NCBI RefSeq assembly: GCF_006345805.1
Contig: NC_043010.1
Span: forward strand, 23,994,001 to 24,058,000
DNA: 64,000 nucleotides
Direction of reading: 5' to 3'
DNA from: Octopus sinensis
Lineage: Eukaryota
Position numbers and translations under genes: made by a program. This document shows positions 13,515 to 25,944 of the stretch, piece by piece (positions within the stretch are counted from its first letter, which is position 1; every line of letters begins with the position of its first letter). The notes beneath the pieces are model-generated. The model worked only from the letters and a program-made list of their open reading frames with translations. It ran no database searches and was not told the DNA's origin.

Positions 13515-14222
13515 AAAACTTTATATTAAAGAACGTGAAATACACGAAGTGACGAACACGGAAAACAGACAGTCATTCGAAGCCTTCATTCTTCAGTCAG
13601 AAACCGATTCATCATGGCAAATTTCGGCTGTTTAATTCTGAGATTTGCTCCAAAACGGCCAGCCCAAGGAAAAGCTAAGCTATGGGCATTAAATTTCCTT
13701 GGTAGAAGGAAAGAATGTGAACGCAACAACAGAGACGAATAGGAAAACAAGAGACGAAGATAAAATTGGAAACAGTAACGGTTAAAAACAAGAATGACAA
13801 GGGGCGTCTTACGACTTTGAGACAAAATGAGACAAAAACAGTTGATCAGCAAGCGTGGAAGGCGATTACCTCGGTAGAGGTGACACGTGTAGAACAGGCG
13901 GCTGTCGCCAACGGAATGGCTTAGGAGCAGCAGGTTGCAAGAAGGTGAGAGAGAGAGAGAGAAAGAGAGACAGAGAGAGAGGGGATTAAGGAAGGCAGAG
14001 GACAGAAGCAATGACCAAGAGAGAGAGAAAGAAAGAATTAAAGAGGATGGGAGGAAGAGGCGCCAAAATAACTTGGTAAAGAAGCGCCAAAATACCTTGG
14101 TGAAGAAGCAATGGCGGATGGGAAAGAGAAAGTATAAAGAAGTCGTGCAAGGGTGGAGATATGACAAACATAAAGGGATTTGGTGCACGTACGCTGCGAT
14201 AATATAGAATAAAACTTTATAT
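13506..14222 (-). mobile_element. Non-coding ~700 bp unit bounded by a short direct repeat; PLE-like non-autonomous element
   Basis: ATAGAATAAAACTTTATAT repeated at ~13508 and ~14204 (period 696); degenerate CTGAAGA...GAAT core at 13575-13596; architecture resembles 29463-30704. Confidence 0.5.
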
Positions 14223-14689
14223 ATATATATATGTATATATATATATCTTCATATAGTTAACTTGCTTCCATGTGAAGAATTAGTTATTCGCCGAACAATG
14301 ATGCAGTTTTCTACAGAGCTGCACCATTTCTTACAGAAACCTACATCAGCTCAGTTATTGAGTTAACGGTACAGGTAAGAAGGAAAGTTTGCAACAGGAA
14401 TAGAACGAAACGTAGAAAATGACATCATAAATAATTCTACATTATTAAGATATTGAAGATATCTTTGTTAGAATTCTGGTCTGTAGCAAGACTTTTTAGT
14501 GAATTATTTTAGCAGTAATGGTTATTTTAGCGTGTTGATTTTCTTTTAATATTAAGTTGTTGATATTTCCCTGTGTGTGTGTCGAAAGAACGCTTATGTT
14601 CCCGAACCGAAGCAGACATAATAGAAACATTATTTTAAAAGTAAACAGTCGTTATACTCATTCACATAATATATATATTTTTTCCTTCT

Positions 14690-14880
14690 TGTTTCTTTCT
14701 GTCATTAGACTGCGGCCCTGTTGAAACATCTGCCTCGAAAAATTTTTTAGTCAAATGAATCAACCCAATTACTTGTTTTTTCCGTAAACCCTCGTACTTG
14801 TTCAATCAATCTTTTTTGCCCAACTGCTAGGTTACGGGGACGTAAATACACCAACGGTGGTGGGAGATAAACACATAGAG

Positions 14881-14885
<5 letters not shown>
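14690..14885 (-). mobile_element. SINE 3' fragment
   Basis: Homologous to 6785-6985. Confidence 0.7.
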
Positions 14886-14938
<53 letters not shown>

Positions 14939-14945
14939 GTGTGTA

Positions 14946-14976
<31 letters not shown>

Positions 14977-17900
14977 TGTGCGTGTGTGTGAGGAAGGGTT
15001 GAGTTTTATTTCAACAATTAAATTTGGAGGATTCCAACGGTCGATTTCTAATAAACATTCTTCGTATTACATTCGCAGTTTACTGTTGTAAGTATTTTTC
15101 GAATATGAAAATGTTACAAGTATAATATGTTTTATGTATTTGTTCTTATGTATTCTTTTTTCGCACTGAGTTGAACAGTAATATGTAAATAATCTAATTA
15201 TAATTATAATTAAATTAATTTCTAATTTTCTACCATGTTATTTACATGTTAATATTACCGTTTGAAACGATCGTATGCATGGATTAAACATTTTTTTTTT
15301 ACTTTTAAAACCTTCGCTTCTCCATCATTAATTGTTTGTTGAGTTCTATAAGATACGTGTTCTATTAATGCTCATAAAACACCTTGAAGCATAGGGTACA
15401 AATGGAAGATGTAACTTACTGTGCGCTTTCACCTGGTTTCATCTTGCATCGTCAGAGGATTTTCAGTTGATGAGATGACAAATAAGAGAGCCATAAAGCG
15501 ACATCTGTATATCGCTGGTTTATAGTGATGAACGCTTTTACTACAAGAATACTGCTATCTGAGTTTCTGCGATTGGTACCTAGTGACAGGCCGAAAAAGA
15601 TGATGAAGAAACACGTGAAGATTGCAGGTTTCGCATCAGAGTGTCACTTTCCTAGGAGGAGGATGCAACAAGAGCTTGGGGGTCCATCTCTCTGGTTTTA
15701 TTACGCACCCTGATACCAACCAAGGGTACATCTACGTATCCACACTGGGAGGGATTGTCATCACCTCTGTCAGATAACTCATAACTAGCACTCCGATGGG
15801 AGCTATTTCCCCTAGTCAGAGTATATATGGAATCAATCCTTGATATATGGAATATATCTACTCAAAACCCTTGATCGCCTGATCCACAGAACCAGCTATC
15901 GGATGCAGTTTAAATTTATACTCAGGACATATACTCACTTATACATATATACATATTTATAGATACGTGTCCATATATAAGTATTCAAGTAGGCGAAGCA
16001 TGACCAAATGTTGAAATTCGGTTCACAGTAAAGAGGAATCATAATCCTGAGTGAAATTAAAGCATATAAGCACACTCATTCTATACCTTTCGGGTATGGT
16101 AATGTGGTGGGAAGGGGAAAGACTCCTAACGGACCTGTGAATAGTCTAAACTATTTACAGTGGAAGAAGCGCATAGACTTCTTCTTTGAGGAGCAGTCGA
16201 CAAAATAGTGAGACGGCTCGGAAAGAGACTTTCATCCCGTCTCCTTTTCCGCACATTAAAAGAAGAAAAGGATGTGTTTACTTTTCTTTCACTTTTCATT
16301 AAAAGACCAACAGCTGCGTTGGTTTCAAATTTTGGCAAAGGTCAGCAAATTCGGTGAGATGGAGTAACTTGATTACATAGCCCCCAGTGCCAGACAGCTA
16401 CTTATTTTATCGACCCCGAAAAGATGAAAACAAAGTCAGTATCAGTGGAATTGGAACATACGAAATGTCGCTAAGCATTTTATCCGGTGTGCAACGATTT
16501 TACCAACTCGCCGCCTTTCACTTTAATTATTGGGTCTCACTACCATTAAGGATCTACCAGGGAGAAAGTACATTTATAACTTATCTAGCAGAGTGCCACA
16601 AAGGGTGGCCCTTTCGTCTTTCAGGAACAGAAAATACTTCATTACACCGAACAATAATTGATACACTGACCATTGTTTATTGGCGTAGTCTCGGTTGATC
16701 CCACTCTAACCCAAACTTCCCGTTCCACTTGGTTCTCCTCTTTCTACCCGCCTAGTTCTGTCTGATTCCCTAACTCCATCATTAATTACAACTCTTAGTA
16801 CTAACTTCCCCAACATCAGTCTGCGCTTAACTCTTTCTCGCAGCTGTTTACTTACAAGGAGTGAAGAGTAAGATTAATGGTGCCAATCTCATCTCTGAAG
16901 GACAGTTTGCACAAGCAACAGGTTCTGCATTTTTTGCAGACCGGGCAAGTTAACCCCCAACCAAAAAAACAAAGAAAAATTAGAATAAGTTCCTCTAATT
17001 GTGACGAGAATCAAATATTGGTTTCAAAGTTTGGCACAAGACCAAAAATTCTGGGGGAGGGGGAAAGTCGATGATATCAACCCCAGAGTGCAACTGGTAC
17101 TTATTTTAGCAACCCTGGAAAGATAACAGGCAAAGTCAGCCTCGACAGAATTTGAACTTAAAACGTAAAGACAGACGAAATTGCCGCTTTGGGCTTGAAT
17201 CTTCATCTCTCAGAACAAGAAAAAAATTGAGTTTCTTTCACTTCCTCCTCCCTCTCCGCGTCAGTCCCAAAACTTCGATATTATCTTCTCCGCACGACAT
17301 ACGAGCAATTTTTCTATGGAACTAACTTTCTTTGAGATCTTGTTATCTTCATTAATTTATTTTATTATTGTTTTATTGCCTTATTTATTTTAGTTTCAGT
17401 AGATTAACTGTTCTTGTGTTACTTTTATGTCAGATAATCCCCAGCAGAATATGACAAAAAATGAAACATTTGAAGAATACATCTCTCCATTATTAACACA
17501 TCACGAGTCAACAAGCGATCGATCGATGCACAATGTAGACAACTCATCTGCTAGAAATAATAGTGAAATCCTTAAGAAATTACGTTCAACAGTCTTTATA
17601 TATAGAAACACATAATAGAAGATCTAACTGCTAAGTTACCTTTGCGAGAATAAAATATTGCCAAGATGGCAGGGGATGGAGTCGATTAAACGTTTGCTCA
17701 ATAAGAACCAAATTTGAGCTGACCAAAAACGGTTATGAGCAACTAAGTCAGCCATTGGTAATTTTTTTCAAAAAGTGGGCCTCATAATATCTGAATCATC
17801 ATCAGGCGGGCCGCACTGCTATAACGATACAAGGTACTTTTTCGCTTATTATACCATTCATAAAGTTCTGCGGGTCGCAGTTTGCTCATGACTGATCTAA

Positions 17901-18159
17901 CTCTAAAGTATTAAATATATTACTCGCAAGATTTATCGAGCTGGTCGCGCTAATTAATCCGACACGTGGCCTAATTTCGTAAAACAAAATATAATTTAGT
18001 TGTATGCTGTCAACTTAATGTGACAGTCCCATGAGAAGGAATAATACTACTGCTATTTTGGCCTAGGAAGCAGCACCGCTTCCTGTCGGCCTTCACACAT
18101 TTCCTGTCTCCTTATGTTTACAAGAGAGAGATTAGCACCTCCACCCAGCTAAGCCTGCA

Positions 18160-18202
18160 TCCAGAAACTAGTTTCTGAGTCATGGCTCGTCTTCAGTCTG
18201 GA
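18160..18202 (-). ncRNA. Minimal type I hammerhead ribozyme motif (family 3, left arm)
   Basis: Minus strand: TCCAGA-CTGAAGA-c-GAG ccatga CTC-a-GAAA-CTAG-TT-TCTGGA. 6 bp stem I, palindromic ACUAGU stem III, C.A mismatch at the base of stem II. Confidence 0.7.
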
Positions 18203-18325
18203 GTAGCTAGCTGTCGATGCCTATCGGTATCATTTCTATTTTTGAAAGCAGTGAATGTATTTCACTAGAATTGTTATATGTTTGCAAGGGCTAGATAGGC
18301 ATCTCCAACTAGCAAGCCATGCTAC

Positions 18326-18368
18326 TCCAGACTGAAGACGATCAATGATTCAGAAACTAGTCTCTGAA
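18326..18368 (+). ncRNA. Minimal type I hammerhead motif (family 3, right arm, partly decayed)
   Basis: TCCAGA-CTGAAGA-cgatcaatgattca-GAAA-CTAG-TC-TCTGAA; stem II degenerate. Confidence 0.6.
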
Positions 18369-18914
18369 TGCTGGCTTAGTTGGGTTGAGGTGCTTATCTC
18401 CTTATAAACATAAGAACACAGGAAATGTGTCAAAGCCGACAAAAAGCAGCGTTGCTTCTTAGGGCTAAATAGTAGTAATATTATTCTCTCTCATGTCAAC
18501 TTAAGTTGACAACATACAATTAATTTATCATATCACTACTGTATAAATCTCTCTGACAGATGTAGAAATATATCATTTCTATTTTTGATATCTAAAATTC
18601 AAAATATTCTTTAAAATATTCTGTAAAATAAATATTGGAAATTAACTAGATTCAGGATTAACATTAGTTCTAATTTGTCAAATAAGTTCACCTGATAGAA
18701 TCTTATATCAAACTTAGTATTAAAAGATGTGATCTATTTCCCCTTCACTTTGTCTATATCTGTCCCTGCCCAAGTAGATTCTATTGATAGAAGAGACATT
18801 GAAAGATCCTAGAGCTGAAATGAGGCAAGGTTTCTCCGAAGTTTTGGTCCTCTCAAGAACTCTATGCATTGATTTGAACAATTTCTGTCTCTTTTCTAGG
18901 TTGAAAGACTTCTA

Positions 18915-19460
18915 GTCGATAGCCCGAGGCTATTGTAGAAGTGTCACGCAATGTGACTGAATTCGGAACCATGTAATTGGTAAGCAAGCTACTTATGACA
19001 CAGCCACTCCTGCACCTTGTGTTGCTGAGACCCCCCTTTGGTCATGATTGACCATGGGATTGCACCTAGAAAGTTACCTTCCCAGGCACAAGTCCGGGCA
19101 AGGTTGTTTATGGAAGACCAGCTGTCGCCCATGCATACCAGCCTCCCCTCTCTACGCCACCAGTGTTATCCAAGGGAAAGGCAAAGGCCGATACAGCTTG
19201 GCACCTGTAACTTCACAACTCATTTCTACAGCTGAGTGAGCTGGAGCAACGTGAAATAAAGTGTCTTGCTGAAGAACACAACTTTGTTTCTGTCAACTGA
19301 CTGCGGTCATGCTGGAGCATCTCCTTGAGAGGTTTTAGTCGAACAGATCGAACCCTATTACTTATTTTATCGGTCTCTTTTGCTATATATATTGGTATAT
19401 ACTGCCTGAGTGAGCAACGAGGACCTGAACACACCAACACCGTTTGTCAAATGGCAAAAG
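18915..19460 (-). mobile_element. Cluster of three SINE fragments (short tRNA/CORE-like, long CORE-like, 3' tail)
   Basis: Homology to 7058-7207, 31740-32018, 45553-45745 and 6785-6985. Confidence 0.8.
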
Positions 19461-19554
19461 GGGGGGTGCAAACATAGACAAATACACATGTGCATATATA
19501 TGATATATGTGTGTGTGTACGTGTGTGTGCGCGTGTATATATATATATATATAT

Positions 19555-19656
<102 letters not shown>

Positions 19657-20221
19657 TGATTGATTGATAGATAGAAATATATAGATATAGATATAAATAT
19701 ATTTAAAGAAACATTGGTTATAGAAAAAAGATTAAATTTGAGTCAACGACTTTATATATAACATCATACCTCAAACATTTAATCACATATAAATACCACC
19801 ATGGTTCTTAAACTCATAAAAACTACATATACATAAAAACACAGATGGTAAAAAAAATTTTTTTTGAATAAAATACAAATCGAAAGGCCTATCAAAAAGG
19901 TAAATATAAACGACTAAAAATTCGTACGCTACCAAAACTAATAGACAAAGATAAAGTAAATGTCCAAACGACCAAAAAAGTTTTATCAAACGATTAAAAA
20001 TATTTTTCAAACTATGTCTTTTAACTTCCCTCACACAAATACTTCCAAAAGTTCAGAAATATACAGACTTCCACAGGTCAAATTCACACAATGGCCATTT
20101 CTTTAACTTCGTGTCATTTACATTTGAGCACTTCTTTTGCAGTGCTATAAACCCTTTTGTTTCAATAAAAGAGACTAATAATAATTCTTGTTGTGTGTAT
20201 ATATATATATATACGATAAAC

Positions 20222-20372
20222 TTTTCTTCAGTTTCCCTCCACCGAATCCATTTACAAGTCTTTCGTCGGCTCGAGGCTACAGTAAAATACACACGACTTA
20301 AGTGCCACGCAGTCAGACTGAACCAAGAACCATGGAGTTGTGAACCAAGCTTCTTACCACACAGCCAAACCT
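20222..20372 (-). mobile_element. Short tRNA-derived SINE
   Basis: Homologous to 7058-7207 and 51440-51617. Confidence 0.75.
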
Positions 20373-20748
20373 GTAGAAGATTTCATTAAAAGATATCCAT
20401 TTTTCACAAAGTAATGAGGAAATAAAGTCGAGGCGGGAAACATTTATATAGTTATGCCCTATTTCGTAGGAAGCAATTTGAGGGAGATTCGGTTGGTCTT
20501 TATAGCAAATGAAGTGATCATGTTGAGGTTACCTTATAAACATATTAGAAAAGAAACAACGGGGTATTCAAAATGAGAAAGGTGAGTCATCCTAGTGAAA
20601 ATTTCAAATTTTAAATAATGCAAATCTGTTCATTGACCTGTGCACCAGTTCAACCGCTGTATCTATGTATTTATTCACATAGTAATCTATTCTTGGTGCA
20701 AATACACACAGGCACACACATTGAAACACTTACACACACACACACACA

Positions 20749-20794
<46 letters not shown>

Positions 20795-21192
20795 ACACAC
20801 ACATTCATGCACACGCATTCATATGCCTGCTTGAGTGTATCTACATGCATAGACGCACATATGTATATATGTATATATATATGTATGTATATGCATGTAT
20901 ATATATGTATATTCGCAGATACACACAAAAATGGTGGCTTCTTTAATTCATAGATATGCATGTGGATAAGCAATGTGAATGTGCGCGTGTGTACGTATGT
21001 GTGTGTATGTTTCTGCGAGTGTGGGGTGGCGTGTGTGAGCATGTGGGTATATGTGTGTGTGTGTGTTTGTGCATGCGTAGATGTATTGGCATATACTGCG
21101 TGTACCTTTTTGAGAAAAGCAAGAAAAATAGGGAGAATAAGGCAGAATAGGAGAGATAAATAGAGAGAGAGACAGAGAACAGAGAGATAGAC

Positions 21193-21225
<33 letters not shown>

Positions 21226-22264
21226 CAGAGAGAGTGGTGGAGGGAGAGTACAAAGACAAAGAAAACAAGAAGTGAAATGGAGCGAGGGTGAGAGAGAGAG
21301 AGAGACGAAGGAAAGACGGAGTGAGTGAGAGACAGAGAGCAAAGAGTGAAGGAAAGAAAGAGAATCAATAAATGAGGTGAGGTATGAGGCTGGATAAAAG
21401 AGAAAACCGAACATCCATGCATTTCCCTTACGTTCTGAAAACGAACAAAGCCCCCCGCTCCCGCTGTAACCCTATTTTCTGTGCAACATCAAAGAGGCCG
21501 ACAGTAACCAAAATTCCTCAATAACTGCCGGCACTATCAGTTGTAGCAATAGTAACAGCAATTTCTTGTTTTTACTTCAACATTTTTGTCATCACAAAAG
21601 TTTTTTTTTACTTTATGTGCGTACATAGGCCAACATACATACCAAACACACCGACTCCATATGTATATATATATATCTGTGTGTGTCTACATATTTTTAT
21701 TTATGCATGTATGCATATGTATATATTTATATATACATACATGTATATGGAAATCTATGTGCATATATGTATGTATTGTATGTATGTATGTATGTATGTA
21801 TGTATGTATGTATGTATGTATGTATGTATCTATCTATCTATCTATCTATCTATATATGTATATGTAGATAGATAATATAATATATTATATACATATATAT
21901 ATGTATGCATGTGTGTGCCATATATATAAATATATATATGTATGTATGTATGTGTTGTGTGTATATATAATATATATATATATATATATCTATATATATA
22001 TATATATATTACATATATATATATAGATAGATAGATATGCAGATATATTATATATGGCACATATACATACATAAATATATGTAGCTTTACTTATGTATAT
22101 GTATATTGACATAAATATGTGCATACACATTATGTATCTAAACACACGCGTGCAGATATATGTAATATAGGTGTGGTGTATATATATACATATGTATATA
22201 TATATATATTATATATATAAATATATATATACATACACAGACATATATACATGCATATAATACA

Positions 22265-22309
<45 letters not shown>

Positions 22310-22331
22310 ATGTACATATATATATATATTG

Positions 22332-22362
<31 letters not shown>

Positions 22363-22666
22363 TGTATGCTTGCTTAACCAAGGTATGGAAAGCGTGTATT
22401 TACGCCTGTGTGCATATTTGTATCTGGAAAGAGAGGAACAGGGAAACAGAGAAAGAGGGAGACAGAAAGACACAACTCGTTATACAAGAATACAGGAATG
22501 CGTGCAATGAAAGAGAAATAAACGAAGAATAATTGTGAAACAAACAAAAAAAGAACACTAAATAATTTCAATATGATTTCCTTTTTATATTTATCATGTT
22601 AACGCAGATTCATGTTTAATTTATACTCATATATATGTATAATATTATATATATATATATATATAG

Positions 22667-22699
<33 letters not shown>

Positions 22700-23309
22700 T
22701 TATATTTACATATATATATTATATATGTATTATGTATGTATGTATGTTGTATGTATGTATGTATGTATGTATGTATGTATGTATGTATGTATGTATGTAT
22801 TATATATGTATATGTTTTAGGTATGCATGTATCTATGTATGTATGTATGCAAACTGGCAGTTCGTTGATATTAATATACGGTAATGAAAATATATATATT
22901 GATCTCCATCTTTCCACATAAAATCACAATAATTGTGTGTGAATAAGTATGTGTGAGTGTATGTATATATATGTTTGTATGCATGTATGTGCGTATATAC
23001 ATACAGTCATACACACATATATATATATTTGTATATATGTATGTATGCTTACACACAAACCATATATATGTATATATATATATATGTATATATATATATG
23101 AATATATATATATATATAATCTATATTATAATATATAGAATTATATATATGGTGTGTGTGATTGTGTATAGAAGAATATATTAATAAAAAGATTCCAACC
23201 TTGTCTGATTTTCACGTTTTACTTACAATCTTATAATGATATATTATAAGATAATATATTATAATTGAATAAATAAATGAATAGTAGAATGTTAAATATT
23301 CATTCTGAT

Positions 23310-23354
23310 TGAACTAGTACTTTCATGCATTGAATTCTGCAATCTTCGGGTTCA
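23310..23354 (-). ncRNA. Minimal type I hammerhead motif in PLE pseudo-LTR (family 4, U4C core)
   Basis: TGAAC-CCGAAGA-t-TGCA gaattcaa TGCA-t-GAAA-GTAC-TA-GTTCA. Perfect 5 bp stem I and palindromic AGUACU stem III. Confidence 0.72.
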
Positions 23355-23417
23355 TGTAGTATTGTTGACAGTCATGCTTCACAATTTTTGACTGTAGCAA
23401 GATGATTGATTCTGTGC

Positions 23418-23530
23418 TATAAATACAGCTGGGCGGCTCCAGAGTGCTAGGTTTTGCAAACTGTATTCTGACCAATCAGTGTGTAGTATCACTCAATTAC
23501 TTAAGCTGATTGGTTGGTTGAGCTGATTGG
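23418..23530 (-). promoter_or_regulatory. Pol II promoter-like cluster in pseudo-LTR
   Basis: Element sense strand: two CCAAT, one inverted CCAAT, a CCGCCC box and TATTTATA, ~65 nt upstream of the hammerhead. Mirrored at 25725-25838. Confidence 0.5.
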
Positions 23531-23834
23531 TTTAGGCGTCACGCTTTTTGGACATGTCAAGAGTCCTGTATCTTGACCCTGGCCGAAGCAGCAATTGTTG
23601 GGGTTATTTTTAGAAATGTTGTAAATATCCTTTGTCAGAGATTTTATATTTTTATATTTCAATTGTCATCATCATCATTGTCAGCACCTTAATTATTGTT
23701 GCTAGTGGTGATGGTTATGGCATAGAACTTTTAACCCTAAATAAGATAATTTTCCTGCTATCTTCGTCTTGATCACCTTTAGTATTGTTGTTGTTGTTAG
23801 TGGTCATGGTCGTAGCAGTGGAAGTAAATCACCT

Positions 23835-25257
23835 CTAAGTATTATTATTATTATATTGCTTATTTAGCTTGGGTTTCGAATTTATCAATAAAATTCTTTT
23901 CTCTGATTTCCTCTCGATTTCACTTGGGCTGTGAAATTTGTAGAATGGAAATATTATATATATTTTCCGACCACATGTTGCTAGGGGGTGGTTACTCAAA
24001 GGTATCTGACGGACCTCTTGGTCTCTAATCTGTTGCCGGTGTACACGTGAGCGTTCTAATAGTGCGTTTCCGTCTGACCTACATATATTTCTTCACAATT
24101 TGGGCATTTGATGCAGTAAATTAAATTTCTGTTTTGCAGTTCATATTCGCGTTTGTGAATATTTTCCGGTTTTTGTGTTTATATATTGACGCGGTATGTT
24201 ATGAATTGGCATGTGCCACATCGGCTATCATTGCATTTAGATACCGTGATGTTTGGTCTTTGTTGCTGAGAGGTCAAATTTTGCCTTTTGTTAGTAATGT
24301 TTTCAAGTTTTTAGGCTGTCTTTTACTAAGCACCATAGCTCGATCCGTGATTAGTCTTTTAATTCATTACTTTGGGGCAATGATTGGTAGGTTGCTTTGG
24401 CAATGTTGAAGATATTCTGGTGACATGGGTTGTGTGTCACAATATGAATGGTATGACTTGTTCTTGTTTTCCTCTTCCTTGGGTTGTCCTAAGTTGTTGT
24501 ATAGAGTATTTTTATAGCCCGCTGTATGCCATTTTCTATAAGTAGAGATGGGTATTTTTGTTGAGCAAAAATTCTCTTAGTTCTATTAGGCGTTTGTTCC
24601 TGATATTGCATCTTCTACAATAGTACAAATTCTTCTGGCTAGGCAGTATGGGATGTTACGTTTTTGTATGTGGTGGATGGCACGACTTAAAATTTAGGTA
24701 TTGATGTGTGTCTGTGTGTTTATAGTATATATCTGTGGTGATGTGGTGTCTTTTTTATTACCATTATATCCAGGAATGGTAATTTGGTACTACTCATCTC
24801 CTTGTAAATTGGAGAGATGGGTGTAGGTTGTTCAGGAGGATATTGAACTCTTCCAGAGTATTTAGAGATTCTGTCCAGATTATGAACAGTCGTCTAGGTA
24901 TCTCTTCCATGCCTTTTCAATATACTTTCTAAACCCAGTGCCATAGTTTACCTCCACCTCTTGGTAGAGTTGTTTCTTCTAAGTATCCCATTACAGAGTT
25001 GGCGTAAACGGGAGCAAACCTCGTTCCCATCGCCGTGCCTCTAATTTGGATGTAATTCTTTCATTGAAGAAGAATGTGTTTTTTCTAGAATAAGCTTGAC
25101 TGTGTCTAATATAAAAGGCACTGTGAATCTGCTGGGAATCACTTCTCTATGTTTTTCTAACAGTATTTAATCGCCTTTTTCCTAAATCGTGTGGAATTTG
25201 GTGTAGAGGCTTCCACATCAAAACTTAGTAAACTGAATTGTTTCTGTTGTTTGGGAA
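23835..25257 (-). pseudogene. Frameshifted Penelope RT + GIY-YIG endonuclease
   Basis: Hand translation across frameshifts: SFDVEA(L)YT, GTAMGTRFAPVYAN, RYLDDCF, LPFLDI, DIYYKHTDTHQYLNFKSCHP, NLIYCIKCPNCEEIYVGQT, IPLSNH, KFEPKLN. Confidence 0.9.
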
Positions 25258-25899
25258 GATACCTTTGAGTAACCACCTAGCAACATGTGGTCGGAAATAT
25301 ATATAATATTTCCATTCTACAAATTACACAGCCAAGTGAAATCGAGAGGAAATCAGAGAAAGAGAATTTTATTGATAAATTCGAACCCAAGCTAAATAAG
25401 CAATAATAATAATAATAATACTTAGAGGTTTATTCTTCCACTGCTACGACCATGACCACTAACAACAACAACAATACTAAAGGTGATCAAGACGAAGATA
25501 GCAAAAATTATCTTATTTAGGGTAAAAGTTCTATTGCCATAACCATCACCACTAGCAACAATAATTAAGGTGCTGACAATGATGATGATGACAATTGAAA
25601 ATAAAAATATAAAATCTCTGACAAGGATATTTACAACATTTCTAAAAATAACCCAACAATTGCTGCTTCGGCCAGGGTCAAGATACAGGACTCTTGACAT
25701 GTCCAACAAAGCGTGACGCCTAAACCAATCAGCTCAACCAACCAATCAGCTTAAGTAATTGAGTGATACTACACACTGATTGGTCAGAATACAGTTTGCA
25801 AACCTAGGCACTCTGGAGCCTACCCAGCTGTATTTATAGCCAGAATCATCATCTTGCTACAGTCAAAAATTGTGAAGCATGACTGTCAACACTACTACA

Positions 25900-25944
25900 T
25901 GACCCGAAGATTGGCAGAATTCAATGCATGAAAGTACTAGTTCA
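25900..25944 (+). ncRNA. Second copy of family 4 hammerhead motif in the inverted arm
   Basis: TGAC-CCGAAGA-ttggcagaattcaatgcat-GAAA-GTAC-TA-GTTCA; single-base indels in stems I and II. Confidence 0.6.

Larger units (their letters stand above)
17993..18525. mobile_element. ORF-less palindromic element with two outward-facing hammerhead-bearing arms
   Basis: Arms ~17993-18222 and ~18292-18525 are reverse complements with scattered mismatches; ~70 bp spacer. Confidence 0.85.

Noticed and set aside
13575-13600. Functional hammerhead in the 696 bp unit
   Set aside because: GAAT replaces GAAA and no stem I or III pairing can be drawn; remnant at best.
15421-15460. Minus-strand CTGACGA...GAAAGCGC
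   Set aside because: Stem II is unpaired, there is no U16.1 and no stem I.
16585-16620. SRVPQG-like RT motif of a CR1/L2 LINE
   Set aside because: Too short, frameshifted, and without supporting flanking motifs.
19740-20050. Nuclear mitochondrial insertion
   Set aside because: The strand skew is suggestive, but no mitochondrial protein, tRNA or rRNA motif was recognised.
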